Of a stretch of 64,000 nucleotides of DNA, positions 47,238 to 55,467 are shown piece by piece. The stretch is from Candidatus Iainarchaeum sp. (lineage in GTDB: Archaea > Iainarchaeota > Iainarchaeia > Iainarchaeales > JAZDFD01), in the NCBI GenBank assembly GCA_043808155.1, contig JAZDFD010000014.1:1-64000 (forward strand), in the 5' to 3' direction. Numbering within the stretch: position 1 is the stretch's first letter; each line of letters starts with the position of its first letter. Below the pieces are notes generated by a model. It had not been told where the DNA came from, ran no database searches, and saw only the letters and a program-made list of their open reading frames with translations. Both the position numbers and the translations under genes were made by a program.

Positions 47238-48945
47238 AGTAGTCCAACTTGGACATATATTTAACATCCGGAAGAGTATTGCATGTCGCTGACACGCTCC
47301 AGGTGAATTCAGTCCCCTTCAAGGCTTTGTATTCTACCGGCGTCAAGATATGGCTGTTGGAACTCATCAGAGAGAAATACAAGGGATTGTCTACTGTCCA
47401 TTCCTTTGGCCCAATTAGACCAGTCATCTTGATGACATATCTTTTTGCATTTTCTATGGCAGACCATTTGAATGCATAGCCAGTCGTAACTGTTTGTTCT
47501 ATGGGTTGTTCCAGCTCCGGCGTGGTGTCTTTGGTGATAAATCTATGCTCGGTACATTGATAGTTATTCTTGCCGTTGCAGACCCAGTATTCCCAGATGC
47601 CGTCATCTGCTTCTGTCTCAACCCATTTATAATCTAAAGGAAGTTGTGTGCCTTTTATCTCGAAATCTGTTACTGCCTGCTCGCCATCAAGCTTTGCGCT
47701 GATGTAATACGTGCCTGTGCTTTCAGGACCTGGTAACCATCTGAAAAGCAGGTTGTCGCAGAGCTTGTAGTCATAAAGCAGTCCTGGCGTGGGTTTGATG
47801 AAGACCGGTCCACCTGGAACATTTTCTGTGTATTTAACCACAAAAGCATTTATCTGCAGTGGCTTAACGTTCTCATATCCTATTTCCCCAGCAACAATAA
47901 CATTATCCTCAGAATCTGTTGCAATTGCGTGTGATTCTTTGTTTATTATTCCACCTGAGACAGCCGCCCATTTGTATGTCCAATCAGGATTAAGTGCCAA
48001 TGTAAAAATATCAAATATATTATCACCAGAAGTAAAGTATTGCAGATAGTGAGTAATGATAACATTGTCTGCAGAATCAATAATCAAATCCTTGGCATAA
48101 AGACCATGCCAGTTGGATAGGTAATTCATGCTTCCTTTCCCTTTTCCAGCAGGGCTGTACCTGAACAATGAACGGCCGGTAGCAATTAATATATTATCCC
48201 CAGAGTCCACAGCCACGCCCATATATGAGCAACTACCTGATCCCAAATAAGGACCATCGATCTTCCATGCTTCAGCCCCCCCGCTGTCATATTTGATTAC
48301 CGTCAACACTTTATAGTCCATTATCTTTTTACGACATGTTGTAATCACGATATTATCTTGGGAATCCACGGCTACCTTGGATGCTTCTTCCTTACCAGTC
48401 TTCTCCCAAATAATACCTCCTCCGCTGTCATACTTGGAAAGACGATAAGCACTAGATCCATAAAGTATGATTATATTGTCTTGTGAATCTACACCAACCG
48501 ATTTTAAATATGCAGTACCGTACGATTTGCTCCAGATTATACCCCCTTCCCCATCAAACTCTGTAATCTGAGTTCCAGCACCGCCAAATCCTACCACTAA
48601 CGTTCGCCCAAAGATAATATTATCTTTAGAATCTAAAGTTACGCCGACGTATGGATTCCAGCATTCTTGATCATCCGTATATTGCCAAAGTTTCTCGCCT
48701 TGCGGGCTATACTTCACGATAAATCCCTTATAATGCGAAGTTGAATTGATTGGATAACCTATAGTGCCAGCAATAATCACGTTGCCTTCAGAATCAGTCG
48801 CGACATCATATGCCTTCTCTCTGAATTCCGTGCCAGTATTGTATGTGGCAGTCCAGGACTCAATAGGGCTGGTTATTGGTGCTGCGTGTGTTAGTGGAAC
48901 AAAAAATATCAAAACAATTAATGCAATGAATAATATTTTCTTCAT
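47212..48945 (-). CDS. secreted beta-propeller repeat protein with C-terminal Ig-like domains
   Basis: Signal peptide; repeated VAxDSxDNII..G / KYDSGG..W units; F.W.....Y....TWSV domains. Confidence 0.8.
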   Translation of the reverse strand: MKKILFIALIVLIFFVPLTHAAPITSPIESWTATYNTGTEFREKAYDVATDSEGNVIIAGTIGYPINSTSHYKGFIVKYSPQGEKLWQYTDDQECWNPYVGVTLDSKDNIIFGRTLVVGFGGAGTQITEFDGEGGIIWSKSYGTAYLKSVGVDSQDNIIILYGSSAYRLSKYDSGGGIIWEKTGKEEASKVAVDSQDNIVITTCRKKIMDYKVLTVIKYDSGGAEAWKIDGPYLGSGSCSYMGVAVDSGDNILIATGRSLFRYSPAGKGKGSMNYLSNWHGLYAKDLIIDSADNVIITHYLQYFTSGDNIFDIFTLALNPDWTYKWAAVSGGIINKESHAIATDSEDNVIVAGEIGYENVKPLQINAFVVKYTENVPGGPVFIKPTPGLLYDYKLCDNLLFRWLPGPESTGTYYISAKLDGEQAVTDFEIKGTQLPLDYKWVETEADDGIWEYWVCNGKNNYQCTEHRFITKDTTPELEQPIEQTVTTGYAFKWSAIENAKRYVIKMTGLIGPKEWTVDNPLYFSLMSSNSHILTPVEYKALKGTEFTWSVSATCNTLPDVKYMSKLDYSEPEVFYK

Positions 48946-48967
48946 TTGTAAAACACCTCTGGTTCTG
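48942..48967. repeat. 26-bp direct repeat, copy at gene RBS/start
   Basis: tcatttgtaaaacacctctggttctg, identical to 47212-47237. Confidence 0.95.
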
Positions 48968-49048
48968 CATCAAGTGTGAGCCTCTTATGTATATTAACTC
49001 CACAAAATTTTTAAATACACGAGGGTGCTTTAAAAACCGATGTAAAAA

Positions 49049-52000
49049 TCAGCGAACTTCCATTCCTTTTAGTGCTTCAATTAAAACTACTCTGCCTCTG
49101 CCGTCTTTGAATTTGAAAGTGCCTTCGTAAACTGGCAGGTAAACTCTTTTCACATCTTTAATTACAATGCGTTTCCATAATTTCTGCAGAAGTTCTGGCA
49201 GTTTATCTTTTCCAAATCTTTCTGGTTCTAATGAAATTGAGTTTGCATCATGCAGTGGCACATTTCCAAGTGAAGTAAGCAATGGATGTAATGGATTTGA
49301 AGGCAAATCCAATTCTTTCTTGCTCCAGAATTGAGATTTTTCGTTTTCTGTCACTGTTCCCGCAAAGCCCTGTGCAACTAAATTCTCCAGAATCCTTTTG
49401 CTTTTTGCTTCATCAAATTCAGATCTTTTGGTAAGTTCTGCAAATGATTTTTTAGATTTTGAAAGCAAAAGTAGCATTTTAATTTCGCTTTCATTCAGAT
49501 TAGAAATGTCCTGTAAACCTTTACTCTCAAAAAGTTTATTTTTGAAATGCAAAAATTCCCCTGTGTATGAATTAATGTAAGCCTGACCAATTGAGTAAAT
49601 ATTTTTTGAATCAAAATAATTATAGCGAACTTTGTAAACAGGAATATATTTCAGTGCAACACTCTCAAGTTTTTCTTCATCCCCGAGCAAGCCTAAAAAT
49701 TTCTTTTTCCGCATTTTTCCAAATGTCCTTAATGCATCTGGTTTGTCAATAAGTCTTTTGAAAACCTTAATTTCAGTTGCTTCTTTTTCAATTATTTCAG
49801 AATCGTCATCAACTTTATCATCTAAGTCAGCTTCCACATCATCTTTGTCATCTTCCCCATCTTCTTCATCATCTTCCTCTTCGTCATCGTATTCTCCGTC
49901 TTCTTCGAGGTCATCAATGTCATCTTTTAATACCTCTTTCTCTTCTCCGGGATAAATTGTATCGGGGAGACGCATTATTCCTGTTTTGGGGTCAATAATG
50001 ACTCCTCTTTCTTCCAGACCATCAAGTACTTCACTTAATGAAATATCTGCATCGTGTTTTGCATTTAATGACCTTACAACCTGATCAATTTTACTGGTTT
50101 TGAATGCTCTTTCACTTAATTTTGAATATGCCATCTCAATTGCCATATCAATTACTCTTTGATCATCCATCTTCACTACTGATTGGAATGTTTCCGCATC
50201 CCTGCCTTCGTGCTGTGACATTCTTGGACGGATTTTCATTACAAATGCTCTGCTGGTTTCTTCTCTTCTGTCACCAGTTAATGCAGTACCCACTGGGAGT
50301 GTTTTTATGAAATTTCCGCGTTTGTATCTTGCAGGTATTATTGTTGGTGTTCTTTTGTAAACTGCTTTAACATCATCATCGAAAACTAATTTGTGAGTCA
50401 TTATCACATCAAGCTGACTCAGAACTTTTGTATCAATTGCACTTGGCTGCTGTGTTGCGAATACCAATGAACAGCCTGGACGCCTTCCCTGTTTTACATA
50501 CTCCACAAGTGCAGTTGTTGCTGCGGTTTTAACATTTCCGCTTGGGATTAAAGTGTGTGCTTCATCAATGAATAACCATGTAGGAGGTATGTCTAACTCC
50601 AATAATGAATCCATGTCTGACTGGAATCTTTCTGCAGCTTCCTGTCTTGTGTTTATTTTTCTTGCTGCAAGCAATCTTCTTGCAACAATTCCAATAACAA
50701 GTGCACCAACAGATTCATCCAAAAAACTTGTATCAATAATTGCAAGCTGACCTGCTCTTGAAATTTCTGAAAGCGGAGTTCCGTGTTTTGAGAAAATCCC
50801 CCAGTTTTGTGCAGCGTCAAATCTTGAAACCAATGCCCTGATTGAATCTGCTTTATATCCTCTTTCTCTTGAATTAATTTCCACATCTGTTTCAAAACAA
50901 TTAATCAAATCTTCAAGTGAATAATCTCTGTTTGCTTTCATATATTTTCCTGAAGTTGTTTTGTAACCTGATTTTAATTTTGTAAGTGCTTTTTCCATTA
51001 ATAAACCCGAAGTTGAAAATCTGTCAATTCCAAAAGTTAAACACCAGTCATCAGTTGTAAGTAATCCTGGCTGTAATGAAAAAGTTGCATCATAAGTTGA
51101 TTTGGGGACACTATTTTTCATTCCCTCCGGAATAAAAACTTTCAAACAATCTAAACCTTGTGGTTCCAAATTCCATTCTTTAAGAAGTTTAATTTCTTTT
51201 GCTTCTTTATTGGGATGTTTCATTGACCAGAAAACACCAATCGGGTCAACAACAACAATTCCGACATCCTGATTCTGCAGTGCAAGTTCCTCTGCAATAA
51301 CACCAAGCACATATGATTTACCAGAACCACGCGCACCACAAACAAAAACAACGTGCGGATTCAAACTGTCAAGATAAACTTCAGTATCTTTCATTGAATC
51401 TTCAGTAATTTTTCCGACAAAAAGTGCTGCCTGATCCCCGTACTGCTGGAAGATTGATTTTTTTCTTCCGATAAATGCAATGCCTTCTTTTTCATCTGTT
51501 AATAATTTTAATTCTGGTTTTAATGTTTCATCAATTGAAAGTAAAGTATTTAATTTTTCAATGTCTTGTTCCTTTTCTTTAATTCCTGCGGATTTTTTTG
51601 CTTTTGCAAGAATTGTGTTCTTAATTTCGTCTTTTGATTCCGGAAGGTCTTCTATTTCCTCTTCGTCATCTTCCTCGTCTTCTTCATCCCCAATTTCAAT
51701 TTCTTTTCGTTTACCGTTTTTCCCAATGCGCAATCTGATTTTTTGTTTTTTTGGGGTTTTGATTTCTTTTTTAGGTTTTTCTTCTATTTTTTCTTCATCA
51801 TCGTCCTCGTCATCATCTTCGTCATCATCCTTCTCATCTTCGTCCTTTTCTTTGGAGTTATAACTTTTTTTGGAGCGATTATTCCTTTTCCCCTTTTTAT
51901 TATTCACTTCTAAATCATCATCTTTCCCGTCACTTTTTTCATCATCTTCGTCCCCGTCTTCTTCTTTGTCATCTTCTTTTTCAGGCTCTTCCTCTTCTTC

Positions 52001-52216
52001 TGCTTCTTCTACATCTGTTTTCTTTTTGGATTTGACCTTTGCTTTCTGTTCCGCAATTTGGGCTTTCCTCTTCTTCCGTGCTTTTTCCTTTTCTTCATCC
52101 TTTCCAAAAGCATCATCAAAAAGGTCTTTATCATCCTCTTCCAGAGTTATCTCTATTCTGCTTTTGTCTAGAGAGTGTGGTTCCTCCATTTCTTCAATGT
52201 TCTCAGGTTCTTTCAT
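49049..52216 (-). CDS. HerA/FtsK-like (DUF87) ATPase with acidic disordered N-terminus
   Basis: GARGSGKS Walker A, VVDPIG, LFIDEAH Walker B, GRRPG and ATQQPS. Confidence 0.85.
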   Translation of the reverse strand: MKEPENIEEMEEPHSLDKSRIEITLEEDDKDLFDDAFGKDEEKEKARKKRKAQIAEQKAKVKSKKKTDVEEAEEEEEPEKEDDKEEDGDEDDEKSDGKDDDLEVNNKKGKRNNRSKKSYNSKEKDEDEKDDDEDDDEDDDEEKIEEKPKKEIKTPKKQKIRLRIGKNGKRKEIEIGDEEDEEDDEEEIEDLPESKDEIKNTILAKAKKSAGIKEKEQDIEKLNTLLSIDETLKPELKLLTDEKEGIAFIGRKKSIFQQYGDQAALFVGKITEDSMKDTEVYLDSLNPHVVFVCGARGSGKSYVLGVIAEELALQNQDVGIVVVDPIGVFWSMKHPNKEAKEIKLLKEWNLEPQGLDCLKVFIPEGMKNSVPKSTYDATFSLQPGLLTTDDWCLTFGIDRFSTSGLLMEKALTKLKSGYKTTSGKYMKANRDYSLEDLINCFETDVEINSRERGYKADSIRALVSRFDAAQNWGIFSKHGTPLSEISRAGQLAIIDTSFLDESVGALVIGIVARRLLAARKINTRQEAAERFQSDMDSLLELDIPPTWLFIDEAHTLIPSGNVKTAATTALVEYVKQGRRPGCSLVFATQQPSAIDTKVLSQLDVIMTHKLVFDDDVKAVYKRTPTIIPARYKRGNFIKTLPVGTALTGDRREETSRAFVMKIRPRMSQHEGRDAETFQSVVKMDDQRVIDMAIEMAYSKLSERAFKTSKIDQVVRSLNAKHDADISLSEVLDGLEERGVIIDPKTGIMRLPDTIYPGEEKEVLKDDIDDLEEDGEYDDEEEDDEEDGEDDKDDVEADLDDKVDDDSEIIEKEATEIKVFKRLIDKPDALRTFGKMRKKKFLGLLGDEEKLESVALKYIPVYKVRYNYFDSKNIYSIGQAYINSYTGEFLHFKNKLFESKGLQDISNLNESEIKMLLLLSKSKKSFAELTKRSEFDEAKSKRILENLVAQGFAGTVTENEKSQFWSKKELDLPSNPLHPLLTSLGNVPLHDANSISLEPERFGKDKLPELLQKLWKRIVIKDVKRVYLPVYEGTFKFKDGRGRVVLIEALKGMEVR

Positions 52217-52346
52217 CTAATCACTTGTCGTATGATATAGAGAGTTTTAATATATTAATTTATTGCCAGTTAAGAAGCTGAACTTTCTACGTGGGAGAGA
52301 TCTAAAACTGAATAACTCTCCACAAGCCATTACGCAGGACTTTTTT

Positions 52347-53042
52347 TTATTTTTTTGCAGAATAAATAGCTAAATTTTTGCAGTTCCATAATAGTTTTGG
52401 TTCTTTAAAACCAGCTTCTTTTAACCATCCAAATTGATTATCTAATGTTGCAGGTATATCCTGTTCAAATGCATGTTCTAGCCAAACCTGTAATTCGTGA
52501 CCATATAAATTTTCCTCAAGAAACATTCGGTATAATTGATTTTGTCTTTTTTGTTCTATTTCGTCTGCGTATTTTATGAAATCTCCATTTATAAAACTTC
52601 CATGCATATTCAATGAATTATAAATTTTTTTGAATAGCGTTTTCTTATTGTCATCTGTATTGTTGTGAATTGCAATTGAAGATACAACTGCATCAAAACC
52701 AGTTCCAAATTCAATTTCGTTAAAATCAGCTTCTTTTGCTTCAAATCTGTCTCCAAAATAACTTAGTTTTGCTTTGGCTTTCGAAATCATTTTTTTTGAA
52801 AAGTCAATCCCTGTTATTTGGGATTTTTCGAATTTTGAAAGAACTTTCAAAGCTAATTTTCCTGTACCACTTCCCAAATCCATAATCTTTAATTCGTTTT
52901 TAGGGTGATAGGGTAGTGCTTCTAAAATTTTCTGATGTACTTCCTCGTTTCTCGGAACTACGAAATTATCGCAGGTGTCATAATCCGTAATAGTTTTTTC
53001 AAAATGATTCCAGACTTTTTGCTTGTGGTTAGATGATGTCAT
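52347..53042 (-). CDS. class I SAM-dependent methyltransferase (CmoA-like)
   Basis: MDLGSGTG, GIDFS..M, SSIAIH and GSFINGD. Confidence 0.85.
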   Translation of the reverse strand: MTSSNHKQKVWNHFEKTITDYDTCDNFVVPRNEEVHQKILEALPYHPKNELKIMDLGSGTGKLALKVLSKFEKSQITGIDFSKKMISKAKAKLSYFGDRFEAKEADFNEIEFGTGFDAVVSSIAIHNNTDDNKKTLFKKIYNSLNMHGSFINGDFIKYADEIEQKRQNQLYRMFLEENLYGHELQVWLEHAFEQDIPATLDNQFGWLKEAGFKEPKLLWNCKNLAIYSAKK

Positions 53043-53148
53043 AGGATATAATATAAAAGAAAACACTCTTAAATCATTTGCAACGCAATCCTATGCAGAC
53101 AGTGCTACCGAAGGTGCACAGATCGTAAATGGATCTTTCCGTTTCGCC

Positions 53149-53221
53149 GGGCTCTTAGCTCAGTTGGTAGAGCGCTGCCTTCGCATGGCAGAGGCCGGGG
53201 GTTCGACTCCCCCAGAGTCCA
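53149..53221 (+). tRNA. tRNA-Ala(CGC)
   Basis: GGGCTCT/AGAGTCC acceptor stem with G3:U70; ctgcc-tt-CGC-at-ggcag anticodon arm; GTTCGAC T loop. Confidence 0.95.
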
Positions 53222-53222
53222 A

Positions 53223-53401
53223 ACCCGGTTTCGACCGGGTGTGCCGAAATATGTGTGAGACACGATTTCAACCAAAGTTGAAATGTGCACATTTCAGCAA
53301 AGCTGAAATAGTGTTGCTTCGCAATCCCACGATAATATGTTTCAGAAACCGTGCCACAGCACAAAGCATGTGGCACCCGTACCAGCCGGACGTGGCGGCT
53401 A
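53223..53401. repeat. hairpin cluster including palindromic dispersed repeat copy C
   Basis: acccggt-ttcg-accgggt, tttcaac-caaa-gttgaaa, atttcagc-aaa-gctgaaat, gtgccaca..tgtggcac; 53371-53401 reverse complement matches 26148-26178. Confidence 0.75.
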
Positions 53402-53591
53402 GATGAATAGAGTTGCAAAAATTAATGCAACAATACTCATTAGTTTTATGAGAATATTCAAGTTGTTTAATCTGGAACAATGCTGAAATTATATAAAAAA
53501 ACAAGCAGATTTAGATAGGCCAATATATAAATAATAGCACAAACAAATGTCAAAATCAGTAGTATTTTACAAATTATTCTTGAATAAAGTT

Positions 53592-54275
53592 TCATATGTA
53601 TTTCTCCAGTTTTATGATGCACTGTTCCACTGCAGTTTTTTTGAATTCTTTTAAAAAATTAGTTAAGCTTGATTTTCTGCCAAGAAAAGTTCTTACTAAC
53701 ACTTCATCTAATTTGTTTGGCATAAAATTGAAAATATTAATTGTATCAATCCCGGGTTCCCTCAAATAAAGTGATGCCAAATATTTGTATGTTTGGATAT
53801 CTTCTTTATTAAATCCTAATTTTTCTAAAATCATTGTGTCATTCGATCTTAAAATATTACCTGCACAAATCAGGGGAAAAAACCAATCTGCTTCTGTTTG
53901 GAAATAGTCATCAACAAGAGCATACAATGTAAATTTTTGAATTGGAACATTAGGATTAATTTGATAATAGTCATAAATGCTTTTATCAAGCCAGTTTTTA
54001 TCATTAGACCATGCCATATCCGTAATTAAATGTGTTTCATAGCCTGCTATAAATGATATCGAAGTCCTATTCATTTTTAATGCTTCAAATATGGATTCTT
54101 CTTTTTTAGGTTCGTGTGTAATTGCTCTAGCAGCATTAGAAATATAGCGAATATCCGGTGCTATTGATCCGAAGAAATAATCATCAATATTCTCAAAACT
54201 AGAAATAAATTGCTTCTTCTTTAATTTCTTTAAAACCAGATTTGCAATCCAACAATGTGTAAAAATAAATGCCAT
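53592..54275 (-). CDS. zinc-dependent phospholipase C/nuclease-like helical metalloprotein
   Basis: N-terminal THCW, GSIAPD and GYETHLITD motifs. Confidence 0.65.
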   Translation of the reverse strand: MAFIFTHCWIANLVLKKLKKKQFISSFENIDDYFFGSIAPDIRYISNAARAITHEPKKEESIFEALKMNRTSISFIAGYETHLITDMAWSNDKNWLDKSIYDYYQINPNVPIQKFTLYALVDDYFQTEADWFFPLICAGNILRSNDTMILEKLGFNKEDIQTYKYLASLYLREPGIDTINIFNFMPNKLDEVLVRTFLGRKSSLTNFLKEFKKTAVEQCIIKLEKYI

Positions 54276-54334
54276 ATATTATATAATTCATAAATTATTT
54301 ATATTCATTCTGGTACAAAATGCAGTTATCTCTG

Positions 54335-55384
54335 TCATGAATTGCTTTTCAAAATTTCTTCTTTTATTTGAGCTCTCAATTTATTCCATTTGCCTTCTGT
54401 TTTAGCCCACTTCTTATTTTTATGATCTAATATAAATTGCATTTTTCTTGTTTTTTCACTATGCTTGCTAAGAGGAAGAAGATTTTCTATCAATTTTAAG
54501 ATGTCCTTTTTTTGGTTTATACTCAAATCGTATAGGTCTCGCGTATATGTGCCATATGGTGTTTTTAAACCTTTTTTCTTTTCTCGATATAACTTTGGAT
54601 GATATTTCATGACTTCCAACACTTCTTTCACTTGCTTTAAAATCTTCAAGTCCCCAGTCCTTATCTTGAAAATAAAACGAGTATGTTTTTCATGACTTTT
54701 ATGTACTTTCCAAGACCCCTCACAATCCATGTATGCGGCTAAAAATTGGTAGAAATAATTTTTGTTTTTAAGTGCCCACTCGGGAATTTTATCTGGCTTT
54801 TTTACAAGAAACGAAAATGAAGAATGTAAATCCGTATAGACAAACCATTCGTCATTTCTTTTATTATTTTTTGATAGATATTGACGAATTTCACCATAGT
54901 TTTGGAAAGAATTGTCTAATAGTTTTATTTGTGCTTTATGTGTTGTAGTGGTCTGCACTCTTATTGATTTTCTGACCCATTTTGCGTAAAAATCTCCTGC
55001 ACGCAATCCTAAAAAATATGCTTTTTCTAGTTTGTTTTCAGTAAAAGGCGCTTTGAGTTTTTTTGTTAACGCCTCCGATACTGATTTTCTAGGAATTTCA
55101 AATTTTTCAAGTTTTTTTCTTACTGTTCTACCAGTAATTCCAAACTTTTTTGCAATTTCTGTTGAAGAAATATTTTTGTTCCAATAAAGATCTTCTAAAA
55201 CCTTTTTAGAAATTGTAACTTTTTTATAATATGCAGGTCTTCTTTTAATATTGTATTTTTTTAACCAATATAAAATATTTGTATCTGTACATTCAAATTT
55301 TTTGCCAATTTCACCTAATGATAATTTCTGTTTAATATAAAGTTTTTCTAATTGTTTTTTAGTAAATTTTAATTGTTGATTCAT
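54335..55384 (-). CDS. free-standing LAGLIDADG-family protein with two N-terminal HTH repeats
   Basis: LEKLY..QKLSLGEIGKKF and LEDLY..KNISSTEIAKKF repeats; AYFLGLRAGDF and FLAAYMDCEG motifs. Confidence 0.8.
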   Translation of the reverse strand: MNQQLKFTKKQLEKLYIKQKLSLGEIGKKFECTDTNILYWLKKYNIKRRPAYYKKVTISKKVLEDLYWNKNISSTEIAKKFGITGRTVRKKLEKFEIPRKSVSEALTKKLKAPFTENKLEKAYFLGLRAGDFYAKWVRKSIRVQTTTTHKAQIKLLDNSFQNYGEIRQYLSKNNKRNDEWFVYTDLHSSFSFLVKKPDKIPEWALKNKNYFYQFLAAYMDCEGSWKVHKSHEKHTRFIFKIRTGDLKILKQVKEVLEVMKYHPKLYREKKKGLKTPYGTYTRDLYDLSINQKKDILKLIENLLPLSKHSEKTRKMQFILDHKNKKWAKTEGKWNKLRAQIKEEILKSNS

Positions 55385-55467
55385 GTTATCTATAAAAATA
55401 AGATGCAAAGTCCTTATAAGACTTATTTTGAAAGACTCATTCGGACCTTAATCAAATTATTTTTATA

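Noticed and set aside
53023-53504. ORFs overlapping tRNA-Ala and the hairpin cluster
   Set aside because: Spurious frames across an RNA gene and GC-rich repeats
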